Positions 22,626 through 32,000 of a stretch of DNA of 32,000 nt are shown here, piece after piece. The DNA comes from Bacillus subtilis subsp. subtilis str. 168 (GTDB lineage: Bacteria > Bacillota > Bacilli > Bacillales > Bacillaceae). A program made the position numbers and the translations under genes. The stretch covers positions 3,030,001-3,062,000 of the forward strand of contig NC_000964.3 in assembly GCF_000009045.1 (NCBI RefSeq). The letters are read 5' to 3'. The notes beneath the pieces were generated by a model. It worked only from the letters and a program-made list of their open reading frames with translations, did not search any database and was not told the DNA's origin. Numbering within the stretch: position 1 is the stretch's first letter; each line of letters opens with the position of its first letter.

Positions 22626-22654
22626 AGTATACCACTGCTGGTCGGCCCAGAAAA
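22626..22654 (-). promoter_or_regulatory. Candidate extended -10 promoter of sftA
   Basis: The minus strand reads TGgTATACT (22634-22626) with a weak -35 TTTTCT (22654-22649). Confidence 0.4.
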
Positions 22655-22671
22655 GATTAAGCTATCAGCAG

Positions 22672-22706
22672 AAACAAAGCCGCTAAACAAGGGCTTAGCG
22701 GCTTTT
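22672..22706 (-). terminator. ytpPQR operon terminator
   Basis: The stem AAGCCGCTAA (22677-22686) / TTAGCGGCTT (22695-22704) is followed on minus by TTTGTTTC. Confidence 0.85.
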
Positions 22707-22742
22707 CACATGATTCGTTTTTTTTGGCGGATTTATGGGAGT

Positions 22743-23348
22743 CTAAAACTGAAATGCGTCTCCCGCCTCATAGTCTCCTTCTAACACAAGGATTCCTTTT
22801 TCAGCAGGGGCATCCGGCAAATCAAGCTCTTTCGCTGAGCAGATCATCCCGCTTGACGGAACGCCACGAAGCTCTGCATCCTTAATGACAAGTCCGCTAG
22901 GCATCACAGCACCGACTTTGGCAACGACAACTTTTTGGCCTTGGTCAACGTTAGGCGCGCCGCAGACGATCTGAAGCGTTTCTTCTCCTACGTTGACTTT
23001 ACATACGCTTAATTTATCCGCATTCGGATGTTTTTCTTTTGATTCTACATAACCCACAACAAACTTCGGAGATAAATCAACGACTAATGTTTCTTCAACG
23101 CCGTTTCTGTTTAAAATCTCATTCACATCTTGCACGAATGTTTCTGAGAGCGCAACAGGGCCGTTTTCATCAATGGTCAAGTAAGAAGACGCATTGAAAA
23201 TGTTGAAGCCCGTTGTTTCTTTTGTTTCGTTATTGAAAATTTTGACGACGTCGCCGTGTTTTTCATAGCCTAATTGTTCGCGTGTCACATCTTGAAGAGA
23301 GATCAGGAGCGTGTCTCCCACACCTTCTTTATTATAAAAAGCGTTCAT
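22743..23348 (-). CDS. ytpR: tRNA-binding-domain protein (PheT-N/EMAP/CsaA-like OB fold), function unknown
   Basis: 201 aa. The C-terminal half carries the tRNA-binding OB-fold signature ([27 protein letters not shown]). Confidence 0.88.
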   Translation of the reverse strand: MNAFYNKEGVGDTLLISLQDVTREQLGYEKHGDVVKIFNNETKETTGFNIFNASSYLTIDENGPVALSETFVQDVNEILNRNGVEETLVVDLSPKFVVGYVESKEKHPNADKLSVCKVNVGEETLQIVCGAPNVDQGQKVVVAKVGAVMPSGLVIKDAELRGVPSSGMICSAKELDLPDAPAEKGILVLEGDYEAGDAFQF

Positions 23349-23363
23349 AAGTAAAAATCCTTT

Positions 23364-24173
23364 CTAATCCTTTTTCGGACGGCTTTTCGCCAGGATAAAC
23401 ACCGGTTCCAGCTTTCCTTCATTGTACAAAAATGATAGGGCGGTAATCGGGACGGTGCCGCCTGCAAAGAAGCTCATCGACATTTGTCCTAGAATATCAT
23501 ACCCCGATTCATTCCGGATGTCAGCAAGAATCAAAACGTCCTGATGAGGAACAGAGATCGCCAGCTCACCTTCTGCATGCTGCTTATACTCATTTAAGAT
23601 CGCTTCGTTCAAAATCCGGCTTGCGTCGTATCCGTCGTTTGCCCTGAAGAAATAAAAGTAATTGCCGGCAACCGTATCCTCTTTGACAACCGTCGGCAGG
23701 GAACGGAGATTAAATGCGGCCGTCTCTCTGATCCGCTCTTTTGTCCAGTTTTCTTTCTCAAGCATGCGCTGGTCAATTAAACGGTAGGTTTTCCCGAGAT
23801 CTAGCGCGTAATAAATTCTTGTCTCTGCGGTATGATCGTCATAAATGAGCGGGATATCTTCGCTGGACTTGTCCGGGAAGGAAGTCGAGCGGATGACCGG
23901 ATAAATGCGAGTTTCTTTCCCGGTCATTTCCTGAGCCTTCCCTTCCATTGCCGTCATCGCTTCGGAGACATAGTACACGATCTCATCAATGGCTTCGTCT
24001 TTTTTCAGTTCCCATTTTGCAATAATCGGCGGCAAATCGAGTGTAATCCCTTTTTTAGTCGTTTGATCCTCAACACGGAGGGTGTCTTTTTCTCTGTCAA
24101 ACAGAAAGGAGCGATTCTCGTGCTGAAGGCGCTGCTTCAGTATATCTGACAGCTTCCTTGAGGTCATTTTCAA
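23364..24173 (-). CDS. ytpQ: DUF1444-family protein YtpQ
   Basis: 269 aa. A TTG start lies 7 nt after SD AAGGAGGA, and that SD overlaps the ytpP stop. Confidence 0.88.
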   Translation of the reverse strand: MKMTSRKLSDILKQRLQHENRSFLFDREKDTLRVEDQTTKKGITLDLPPIIAKWELKKDEAIDEIVYYVSEAMTAMEGKAQEMTGKETRIYPVIRSTSFPDKSSEDIPLIYDDHTAETRIYYALDLGKTYRLIDQRMLEKENWTKERIRETAAFNLRSLPTVVKEDTVAGNYFYFFRANDGYDASRILNEAILNEYKQHAEGELAISVPHQDVLILADIRNESGYDILGQMSMSFFAGGTVPITALSFLYNEGKLEPVFILAKSRPKKD

Positions 24174-24187
24174 ACCGATGTCCTCCT

Positions 24188-24511
24188 TTACGCTTTAGCG
24201 AGAGAGTCTGTTAAAAACTGTTCAATTTCTTCTTTTGTTTTGCGGTCTTTGCTCACAAAACGATTTACTTCTTTTCCTTCATTAAACACCACAAAGCTTG
24301 GGATTCCGTAAATTTCCCACTCTGCACATGTATCAATGAATTTGTCACGGTCTACGTAGTAGTAGGTGAATTCAGGGAAATTCGCTTCCAGTTCAGGCAG
24401 GAAAGGCTCTACAAAACGGCAATCCGGGCACCAATCGGCCGAAAACATAAATACAGACCAATCATCCTTTACCGCTTTTTCCAGCTCTTGAGTTGATTCA
24501 ATTTTTTTCAT
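24188..24511 (-). CDS. ytpP: Thioredoxin-like protein
   Basis: 107 aa with the WCPDC active-site motif and SD GGAGGGA. Confidence 0.92.
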
Positions 24512-24681
24512 TTCATATCCCTCCAGTTGTTTATGTTCTTACATGTTTTTTATCGATACTCGTCCATTTGGATCATACCAAACTGCTTGAGGCAAAACCA
24601 CTTATATGCAACGAATGAATATGTAAGATTGGCTTTCCCATTATCATTATCATATTTTATTTGCATTATCAAGCTCGTTTC

Positions 24682-24707
24682 GTTTAACATCGTGTACATG
24701 AGGGTGA
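24682..24707 (+). promoter_or_regulatory. Candidate SigB-like promoter upstream of ytoQ
   Basis: GTTTAA (24682-24687), a 14-nt spacer, then GGGTGA (24702-24707), about 40 nt before the ytoQ ATG. The -10 matches only GGGT. Confidence 0.35.
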
Positions 24708-24745
24708 AATTTACAGATGGATATACATAAGGAGGGATTTTTATT

Positions 24746-25192
24746 ATGGAGTTTATCGTCTATTTAGCAGGAGAAATCCACAGCAATTGGCGCGAGGAAA
24801 TTAAAGAAAAAACAAAATCACTGAAGCTCCCGATTACGTTTGTTGGCCCGATGGAGAATCATGACCGCTCAGACAATATTGGTGAAGAAATTATGGGCGT
24901 ACAGCCAAATGCCGTTTTAAAGGATGACAAAGCCTCTGACATCAACAACTTCAGAACCGCCGTCCTGATGAATAAAGCAGACTTTGTGATCGCCCTGTTT
25001 GGCGAAAAGTACAAACAGTGGAACACGGCAATGGATGCATCATATGCGATCGCAAAAGGAAAACCCCTGATTATCATCCGGCCGGAATCGCTCCACCATC
25101 CTTTAAAAGAGCTTTCCAATAAAGCGAATATTACGGTTGAAACCGTTAACCAAGCCATTAAGGCCCTTTCCTATCTATTTGAAACAGAATAA
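24746..25192 (+). CDS. ytoQ: YtoQ-family protein (nucleoside 2-deoxyribosyltransferase-like fold), function unknown
   Basis: 148 aa with a strong SD AAGGAGGGA. Confidence 0.88.
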   Translation: MEFIVYLAGEIHSNWREEIKEKTKSLKLPITFVGPMENHDRSDNIGEEIMGVQPNAVLKDDKASDINNFRTAVLMNKADFVIALFGEKYKQWNTAMDASYAIAKGKPLIIIRPESLHHPLKELSNKANITVETVNQAIKALSYLFETE

Positions 25193-25193
25193 G

Positions 25194-25241
25194 AAAAAAG
25201 CTTGTCGATCCGGGCTTACTGCTCGTTCAACAAGCTTTTAT
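25194..25241. terminator. Bidirectional terminator shared by ytoQ and ytoP
   Basis: 10-bp arms AAAAGCTTGT (25196-25205) / ACAAGCTTTT (25230-25239) enclose a 24-nt partly paired loop. Confidence 0.7.
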
Positions 25242-25246
25242 GAAAC

Positions 25247-26320
25247 CTACATATTTTCTTTAATCGCATCCACTGTCTGCTTATCGCAGGCTGTTACAAG
25301 TTTGATGAGCATTTCTTTAGCAGCAGCATAATCATCAATATGAATGATAGTAGCGTTTGTATGAATATAGCGGGAACATATTCCGATAACCGCTGACGGC
25401 ACACCGCTGTTCGAAATATGAACCTTGCCTGCGTCTGTTCCCCCGCCGGATACAAAATATTGATATGGAATATCATGCGTTTCAGCCATATCAAGAACGA
25501 ATTCCCTCATTCCGCGATGCATGACTGTCGTTCTGTCAAGAATGCGCAGCAAAAAGCCTTTTCCAAGCTGGCCGAATTCATTTTTGTCTCCGCTCATATC
25601 GTTTGCCGGGCTGGCGTCAAGGGCGAAAAACAAGTCCGGTTTAATCATATGAGAAGCCGTCTGCGCGCCCCTTAGCCCTACTTCTTCCTGAACCGTTGCA
25701 CCCGCATAGAGTGTATTCGGAAGCTCTTTACCGTGTAATTCCTTCAGAAGTTCAATGCTTAAGCCGCATCCATATCTGTTATCCCATGCTTTTGATAAAA
25801 TTTTCTTTTCATTCGCCATCGTCGTAAACGGACAAACAGGCACGATCTGCTGTCCCGGTCTAATGCCGATTTTGATGGCGTCTTCCTTATCATCCGCTCC
25901 AATGTCGATCATCATGTTTTTGATATCCATCGGTCGGTTTCGCTGCGCATCTGTCAATAAATGCGGCGGTATGCTTGAAATCACACCCGGAACCGGCCCG
26001 TTATCTGTTTGAATTTCAACCCGCTGCGCAAGCAAAACTTGGCTCCACCAGCCTCCGAGCGTCTGGAATCTGAGCAGCCCGTTGTCTGTAATGGATGTCA
26101 CCATGAAGCCGACTTCGTCCATGTGCCCGGCTACCATAATTCTCGGTGCGTCCTCTGCGCCTCGTCTGACTCCGAAAACACTTCCCAGTCTGTCCTGAAC
26201 GATGTCATCTGCATATTTGGCTAGCTCCTGCTTCATAAAAGCACGAACCTGATGCTCATTGCCCGGCGCGCCGGGAAGCTGCGTCAGTGTTTGGAAAAGC
26301 GCTTTCGTTTCTTGATTCAT
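25247..26320 (-). CDS. ytoP: M42-family glutamyl aminopeptidase / endoglucanase-like peptidase
   Basis: 357 aa with M42 signatures ([23 protein letters not shown]). Confidence 0.9.
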
Positions 26321-26478
26321 GTTTTCCCCTCATTTCTATGTAGTCCTTTTATTTTATTAGAAACAATGAAGTTTTCCAAGCACTCTGACCCAATCTGCTC
26401 GATCAGCCGCGTATTGCTTAACAGGATTTGGCTGTTTCTGTATAATGAAAAGTACGATCAACCAGGAGGTGCTTTATT

Positions 26479-26796
26479 TTGAAATTGCGTCATCTTCTTT
26501 TAGGAGCAGGACTTGGAATTTGTACGGCTGTCGTTGTGAGACAATATGTGATGAAGCCTTATATTTCTTCAGAAAAAGCGCTTCGAATTGTAAAATCTGC
26601 TTTTAAGCAGCGGGGCCCGATTGACGGATCATGGATTTACACCCAGCCGGAGCCCTACAATATTAACGGAGAAACGGTACAGGTATACAAAACCGGCATT
26701 ACACGATCAGCTTTCGGAGAATTAGAACAGTATGAAGTCATGGTGGATGCGAAAACGGGAGAAATTGTTGATGTCATTGATACAATCGCCTCTTAA
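26479..26796 (+). CDS. ytzB: Small membrane-anchored PepSY-like protein
   Basis: 105 aa. A TTG start lies 7 nt after SD AGGAGGTG. It has an N-terminal TM segment (LLGAGLGICTAVVV). A TTAACA-17-TATAAT promoter lies upstream (26431-26459). Confidence 0.85.
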   Translation: MKLRHLLLGAGLGICTAVVVRQYVMKPYISSEKALRIVKSAFKQRGPIDGSWIYTQPEPYNINGETVQVYKTGITRSAFGELEQYEVMVDAKTGEIVDVIDTIAS

Positions 26797-26809
26797 CACC
26801 GGACAAGCA

Positions 26810-26848
26810 AAAAATAGAAGCCGCTGCCTATGCAGCGGCTCTTTTTTA
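26810..26848. terminator. Bidirectional terminator shared by ytzB and malS
   Basis: The stem AAGCCGCTGC (26819-26827) / GCAGCGGCT (26832-26840) is flanked by an A-run and T6. It abuts the malS stop. Confidence 0.85.
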
Positions 26849-28549
26849 TTATATCGCGCGAATCGGTTTGTATACCGGATACCACATCGCATCCTGCACT
26901 GCCTGTATAATGTCTTCAGGCTCTTCCGTAGCGACGCCTTCCTTCATTGCGGTTTTTGCAACTTCAACAGCAACGGTTGCCGAAACAGTGCGCAAATCTT
27001 CAACTTTTGGAAGCATCGGCGCCCCAGGCACCCCGACATTGACCATACCTGCGATTGCCCGGGCACATGCTTCAAACATGCCGTCGGTAATTAATTTTGA
27101 TTTTGTAACAATCGTTCCAAGACCGAGACCAGGGAAGACAAGCGCGTTGTTTGCCTGCCCGATATGATACGTAACTCCGTTATATTCAACTGGCGGGAAC
27201 GGGCTTCCTGTCGTGATCAGCGCACGGCCTTCTGTCCATTCGATTAAATCCTCCGGCTTTGCTTCAGAAAGAGTTGTCGGATTTGACATTGGCAAAATCG
27301 CCGGCCGTTTCACATGTGACGCCATTTCTTTTACAATTTCTTCAGTGAAAGCGCCGGAAACCGTAGATGTGCCGATCAGGATCGTCGGTTTCGCCTGCCG
27401 AACCACTTCAAGAAGATCAATGCCTCCGCCGTCTCCGTTCCGCTGATAATCCTTCACTTCATCAGCCGAACGGGCATACGGCTTTTGGAAATCAAGAAGC
27501 TGATCCATATCATCTGTTAACAGCCCGTTCCTGTCTATGCACCAGAAGCGCTTGTATGATTCTTCTTCACTCAGTCCCTCGCGCACCAATGCTTCCCGCA
27601 GCTGTTCGGCAATTCCGATTCCTGCCGTTCCCGCTCCGAATATAACAACTCTGTGATCTCTCAGCGGAACTTTAGACGCTTTTGCACAGGATAAGACTGC
27701 GGCCAAAGAAACAGCGCCAGTTCCTTGGATATCATCATTGAAGGTACACACTTTATCTTTATAGCGTTTCAAAATGCTTCGCGCGTTTTTCGCCCCGAAA
27801 TCCTCCCAATGCAGCAATGCATTCGGAAATGTTTCTCTCGCCAGCGCAACGTAGTCGTCAATAAATTGGTCATAACGTTCCCCGCGCACTCTGGAATGCT
27901 GGTTGCCGACATAAAGCGGGTCGTTCAAGAGGCTCTCCTGATTTGTCCCCGCATCTAAAACAACAGCCAGCACTCTGCTCGGATCAATGCCCGCAGCCGC
28001 TGTATAAACCGCCAGCTTGCCAATAGAAATTGCGATTCCTCCGACGCCCCAGTCACCGATTCCTAAAATTCCTTCCGCATCAGTTGCAACAATTAAATCG
28101 ATCGTATCGCTTTGATCTTTATACTGTTTAAAAGCTTCTTTCATACCGTCCGGGTCATCGATTGACAGATAGAGCCCTCGTGGTTTTCTGTATTCATGGC
28201 TGTATCTCTGAATTGCCGTTCCGACTGTCGGTGTGTAGACAATCGGGAGCATTTCCCCTAAATGGTCATTTAACAGGCGGTAAAACAGCGTTTCATTCCG
28301 ATCGTGCAGCGCCGTTAAATAGACATTTTTGCTCAAATCGTCAGGCTGTGCGGAATATTGTTCATACGCTCTTTTCGCCTGATCATCAATTGTTAATACC
28401 TTGGGCGGCAGAAAGCCTTTTAAACCAAGTTCTTTTCTTTCTTCCTCAGTAAAAGCAACACCTTTGTTCAAAAAAGGAACAGAGAGCACTTCAAGGCCTC
28501 TTAATGTTGTTTGAATGTCTCCTTCGTTTGTTACTCTGAATTGTTTCAC
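26849..28549 (-). CDS. malS: NAD-dependent malic enzyme
   Basis: 566 aa with a GTG start after SD GGAAGAGG and a malic-enzyme Rossmann motif ([13 protein letters not shown]). Confidence 0.93.
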   Translation of the reverse strand: MKQFRVTNEGDIQTTLRGLEVLSVPFLNKGVAFTEEERKELGLKGFLPPKVLTIDDQAKRAYEQYSAQPDDLSKNVYLTALHDRNETLFYRLLNDHLGEMLPIVYTPTVGTAIQRYSHEYRKPRGLYLSIDDPDGMKEAFKQYKDQSDTIDLIVATDAEGILGIGDWGVGGIAISIGKLAVYTAAAGIDPSRVLAVVLDAGTNQESLLNDPLYVGNQHSRVRGERYDQFIDDYVALARETFPNALLHWEDFGAKNARSILKRYKDKVCTFNDDIQGTGAVSLAAVLSCAKASKVPLRDHRVVIFGAGTAGIGIAEQLREALVREGLSEEESYKRFWCIDRNGLLTDDMDQLLDFQKPYARSADEVKDYQRNGDGGGIDLLEVVRQAKPTILIGTSTVSGAFTEEIVKEMASHVKRPAILPMSNPTTLSEAKPEDLIEWTEGRALITTGSPFPPVEYNGVTYHIGQANNALVFPGLGLGTIVTKSKLITDGMFEACARAIAGMVNVGVPGAPMLPKVEDLRTVSATVAVEVAKTAMKEGVATEEPEDIIQAVQDAMWYPVYKPIRAI

Positions 28550-28630
28550 CCTGCCTCTTCCTTTCTGAGCATAATAGTACTAGGTTTGCATTATTAGCCG
28601 GAAAACATGCAGGGTAAACATAAAAATATG

Positions 28631-29476
28631 CTATCGCTTCATTCGCTTAACTGACTTTTTGATGCTTCCGTCCTCCTCCCATTGAAGGGCGCGATACTCG
28701 GCATCATGGTAAAAAATAAACCAAGCATCTTTTTCTGCTGCGAACGCCTGCCATTTCTGCTTTTGCGGGATAGAGGTCATCGGATAATCATCGTAAGCCA
28801 GCACCCATAGCGGATTGCGGTGGGCATGTGTCGGCATCAGATCTGCCATATGTACGGCAGTTTCACCCGCATCCTCGCATATCAGGACACTGTGTCCGTC
28901 GCTATGGCCTCCGGTGTGATGCATTGTAATACCCTCTGTGATCGTTAAGGTGTCTTCAAAGGTTTTGACTTGGCCAGCTACAGCCTCCCAATTTTCTTTC
29001 CAATACGTATTTTTCGACCTGATATTCGGATGGCGCATTTCGTCCCATTCAACAGCTGATGTATAAATCACTGCATTCGGAAAGACAGAGACGAGCCGTT
29101 CACCTTCATATTCCGTTAAACCGCATGCATGATCAAAATGAAGGTGTGTCATTGCGATCACATCTATATCGGCAACCGTTAATCCGAGTGCAGCTAATGA
29201 GGGTTTCACATTCGACTCTTGTGTCACGCCATAGTTTCGTTTTTGTTTATCAGTCAGCTTGCCGTACCCAATTCCGGCGTCAATGATGATATTGAGCCCA
29301 TCCTTTTGAATCAAAATAGGGTCTGTTCTTAGTTCAATCTGGTTTTTTTCATTGACTGGATATTTTTTAGACCAAAGCGGCTTTGGCACAACGCCGAACA
29401 TGGCGCCTCCGTCCATATGCGTCACGCCTCCGTCAAGCCAGGTCAACGTGATGTTTCCAATTTTCATTGTTTCCAT
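28631..29476 (-). CDS. ytnP: Metallo-beta-lactamase-fold hydrolase (putative quorum-quenching lactonase YtnP)
   Basis: ORF 28631-29482 with the HxHxDH motif (HLHFDHACG). The track start GTG overlaps a G8 run that acts as the SD, so ATG 29476 (METMKIG) or ATG 29467 is more plausible. The start is uncertain. Confidence 0.85.
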
Positions 29477-29515
29477 TTTCACCCCCCCCTATCATCATGG
29501 TAGCAAACGGCCCAT

Positions 29516-29544
29516 AAAAAAAACAGACTCCTGTCAGAGTCTGT
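29516..29544 (-). terminator. trmB intrinsic terminator
   Basis: The stem CAGACTC (29524-29530) / GAGTCTG (29537-29543) is followed on minus by T8. It starts 3 nt after the trmB stop. Confidence 0.85.
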
Positions 29545-29546
29545 CT

Positions 29547-30188
29547 TTACGTTCTCCATTCAACCTCAGCCCGATAGATCGGCTGGCCGAGTGCAGAGAA
29601 TTTTTCTTCATATTCTGTCATAATATTGCCTTCCAGATTGCTGTTATGCAAATCGAGACTGACGTATGTCAGCAGGAGGCCGTACTCAGAGAAGCTCTTC
29701 AAAGAGTACTCAAATAAACCTCGGTTGTCCGTTTTAAAATGAATCGATCCGCCTTTGCCCATTACTTCTTCATATTTTTTGAGGAAGTGGGAATATGTCA
29801 GGCGGCGTTTTTCATGCCGTTTCTTCGGCCAAGGATCAGAAAAGTTCAAGTAGACCCGTTTCACTTCCCCCGGCTCAAACACATCCGTCAGCGTGTCCGC
29901 ATCTATATTCAGAAGCTTTACATTCTGCGCTTCGCTGTCTTTTACTTTTTGGACGGCTGTCACGATGACGCTTTTAAATAACTCAATACCAATATAATTG
30001 ATGTCGGGATTTTGTTTGGCCATACCAGAAATAAATTGGCCTTTTCCTGTACCAACCTCGATATGGATCGGATTGTCGTTGCCAAACACTGTGTTCCATT
30101 TCCCTTTATAATCAGCAGGATTGCTGATGGCAATATCTGCGTTTTCAGCCAAAAAGTCATCAGCCCAAGGCTTGTGGCGCATTCTCAT
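29547..30188 (-). CDS. trmB: tRNA (guanine46-N7)-methyltransferase
   Basis: ORF 29547-30251. The ATG at 30188 ([12 protein letters not shown]) follows SD AGAGGTG. It has the SAM-binding motif EVGTGKGQF. An extended -10 TGgTATGTT lies at 30231-30223. Confidence 0.93.
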   Translation of the reverse strand: MRMRHKPWADDFLAENADIAISNPADYKGKWNTVFGNDNPIHIEVGTGKGQFISGMAKQNPDINYIGIELFKSVIVTAVQKVKDSEAQNVKLLNIDADTLTDVFEPGEVKRVYLNFSDPWPKKRHEKRRLTYSHFLKKYEEVMGKGGSIHFKTDNRGLFEYSLKSFSEYGLLLTYVSLDLHNSNLEGNIMTEYEEKFSALGQPIYRAEVEWRT

Positions 30189-30394
30189 ATGATTGACACC
30201 TCTATCTATTATTTCGACTAACAACATACCATGAATTAAAAAGACCCGCAAGCTCGTTTTTCCAGTGTATCTCTCTTAAGGCCGAGCGCATAAAAAAAGA
30301 GGGTCCCGTCTGCTGGAACACTCCTTTCCCATGTATAAAAACGCTCTGTTTTGAACAATTTAACCCGTATGATACTGAAGGGATGTGTACCGTT

Positions 30395-30673
30395 ATGGGT
30401 TTACATTATGAGCATCAAGTTCATTTATTGAAGGATATATTGACTGACCATCAATTGGACTGCTGCGGAACAGTCGCAGAGTACGAGCAGCTTGAGCGTG
30501 TGATTAAATCACTGATGGCAAACACCGAGCTTGATTCAAATTTCAAAAACGTGCTTGAAGATGTTTACCGCTACAGCCAATCAGGAATATCGTCCAAATC
30601 CATCGACTCACACATACAAGAGCATCAGAACAGCCTGTCTCAATGGGTAGAGCAAATGGATTCGTATTCCTGA
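30395..30673 (+). CDS. ytzH: Small protein YtzH, function unknown
   Basis: ORF 30383-30673. The ATG at 30395 (MGLHYEHQV) is better spaced from SD GAAGGGA than the track start. Confidence 0.8.
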   Translation: MGLHYEHQVHLLKDILTDHQLDCCGTVAEYEQLERVIKSLMANTELDSNFKNVLEDVYRYSQSGISSKSIDSHIQEHQNSLSQWVEQMDSYS

Positions 30674-31483
30674 TTAATCAACAATTCGTTTCATGAGGAT
30701 ATGCAGCTCTTCCATTGCATCATGAAATTCCTTATCATTGCCTTTTGCTTTATGCCAGGCAATGAAAGTAATTGTTTCAGATAACACATACCAAGCCATT
30801 CGCAACCGAAGGCTTTCTGTCAGCTCTATGCCGTACATGCTCAGCCAGCTCTCCCAAGCTGGCTTTTCGACGTAGTGGTACAGCAAAGGCCCGAGGTCCA
30901 TCGCCGGATCAGCGATCATGGCGCCGTCCCAGTCAATTAAATACAGCTGGTTGTCTTCAGACAATAGCCAGTTATTATGATTGACATCACAATGGCAAAC
31001 GACTTTCTCACCGAAATGCACTTCATGCAGGTGTTCTTCCAAATACTTGATCCCTTCTTGAATCAGCGGCGAAGATTGCTGCACAGCAAATACAGCCTGC
31101 TTCAGCTGAGACAAAAGAGCCCCCGGGTTCAGCGGTTCTTTTCCAAGTCTCTTCAGCATGTCCAGCAAGGCTTTTGATGTGTGTATTTTACGAAGCAATT
31201 CAGCAACGGGCCGTCCGCTCATGTCTTTAGGCTTCAGCTCTCTGCCGGTCATCCAGTGCTGGGCCGTAATGACGTCCCCATTTTCCATCCGTTTTGTCCA
31301 AACCAGCTTCGGAACAATGCCTTCGGCGGATAAAACAGCTAAAAAAGGTGAGCTATTACGTTTTAAAAAAAGCTGCTGCCCGTTATGTTTCGCATAATAT
31401 GCATCTCCTGTAGCTCCTCCGGCGGGGAAGATCTCCCAATCGCTACCTAGTAATTGTCCCAACCAGTTCATATCAATGTTCAA
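30674..31483 (-). CDS. ytmP: Aminoglycoside-phosphotransferase / choline-kinase-family kinase-like protein, substrate unknown
   Basis: 269 aa with the catalytic loop HCDVNHNNWL and the metal-binding IDWD. The start is uncertain (TTG 31483 or ATG 31471), and neither has a good SD. Confidence 0.85.
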   Translation of the reverse strand: MNIDMNWLGQLLGSDWEIFPAGGATGDAYYAKHNGQQLFLKRNSSPFLAVLSAEGIVPKLVWTKRMENGDVITAQHWMTGRELKPKDMSGRPVAELLRKIHTSKALLDMLKRLGKEPLNPGALLSQLKQAVFAVQQSSPLIQEGIKYLEEHLHEVHFGEKVVCHCDVNHNNWLLSEDNQLYLIDWDGAMIADPAMDLGPLLYHYVEKPAWESWLSMYGIELTESLRLRMAWYVLSETITFIAWHKAKGNDKEFHDAMEELHILMKRIVD

Positions 31484-31571
31484 CCCATCATTTCTTAAAA
31501 TATTTTAGAATTAAGGCTAATCGTTTCTAGTCTATCCAGCGAATGCCTTTTTCGTACGAATCGTATAAAAA

Positions 31572-31620
31572 TAAAAAAGACAGCTATTGAGAGTCTCATA
31601 TGCTAATCAATAGCCGTCCT
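31572..31620 (-). terminator. amyX intrinsic terminator
   Basis: The minus strand reads GACGGCTATTGA, a 16-nt loop, then TCAATAGCTGTC (one G.U pair), followed by TTTTTTATTTTT. Confidence 0.7.
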
Positions 31621-31650
31621 TTAAATTTTAGCGCTATAGCACAAACTTCG

Positions 31651-32000
31651 TCAAGCAAAACTCTTAAGATCTGATGCTAAATATAAGATAACCGTTCCGA
31701 TGCCGTTTACTGCAACCGTTTTCTTGATTTCTGTTGGGTCTTCCTGAAATCCTGATGGATCACATAAAAGCCGATAAGGTATGTCGTTTGGCAGCCTCCA
31801 CTCGACGGAGTCTGGACTCGCGTGATGGATAACAATGATATCTTTCCATTCGTCAACCTCGTCAAGATCATAAAGCCTGTATGCGATAAGGTGTTCTTTT
31901 AGCGTCAAGCATTCAAGATGGCGCTGGATGTCTGCAGCGGACCTAAGACGGAATGCAGGATGCGCTTTTCTCAGCGAGATCAGCCTGCGGATATAGTGAA
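31651..32000 (-). CDS. amyX: Pullulanase (type I) C-terminal ~116 codons; the 5' part lies beyond the window end
   Basis: The minus frame is open from the stop at 31651 to the window edge, and the track shows only the last 85 aa from an internal Met. The C-terminal sequence ...LISLRKAHPAFRLRSAADIQRHLECLTLKEHLIAYRLYDL... is typical of the pullulanase C-terminal domain. Confidence 0.85.
   Translation of the reverse strand, partial: HYIRRLISLRKAHPAFRLRSAADIQRHLECLTLKEHLIAYRLYDLDEVDEWKDIIVIHHASPDSVEWRLPNDIPYRLLCDPSGFQEDPTEIKKTVAVNGIGTVILYLASDLKSFA

Noticed and set aside
24527-24730. Plus-strand 67-aa ORF filling the ytpP-ytoQ intergenic region
   Set aside because: Its TTG start has no SD (the upstream sequence is the complement of the ytpP SD). 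It spans both divergent promoter regions and ends in the ytoQ SD, and its composition is hydrophobic and low in complexity.

Overview
This window looks like an ordinary core-chromosome segment of Bacillus subtilis or a very close relative. That is judged from memory of the proteins and gene order, not from a search. The gene order is ezrA, hisJ, refZ, ytsP, dgcP(ytrP), rpsD, tyrS, acsA, acuABC, motS-motP, ccpA, aroA, ytxJ-ytxH-ytxG, murC, sftA, ytpR-ytpQ-ytpP, ytoQ, ytoP, ytzB, malS, ytnP, trmB, ytzH, ytmP, amyX. I call 32 intact protein genes. Two of them (ezrA, amyX) are cut by the window edges, so they are missing or truncated in the ORF track. About three quarters of the genes are on the minus strand, and spacing is tight. 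I saw no rRNA or tRNA genes, CRISPR arrays, transposases, integrases, phage genes, toxin-antitoxin pairs or defence-island signatures, and no obvious compositional island. Non-coding features I can support are the tyrS T-box leader (UAC specifier), the long rpsD (S4) autoregulatory leader, two cre boxes in the divergent acsA/acuA control region, SigB-type promoters, and about 14 intrinsic terminators, several of them shared by convergent genes. I do not find a convincing novel multi-gene system, and the findings are modest. The most interesting is a SigB-type promoter driving an antisense RNA opposite rpsD. Its 5' segment carries a 39-codon ORF with a strong ribosome-binding site, and the ORF ends in the rpsD terminator hairpin. 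The other findings are a 9-bp perfect inverted repeat bracketing the sftA core promoter, repeated short motifs in the SftA linker, terminator-less convergent gene pairs (hisJ/refZ, ytzH/ytmP), acsA reading into the tyrS T-box, and a long structured murC leader. Coordinates of promoters and RNA ends are approximate.
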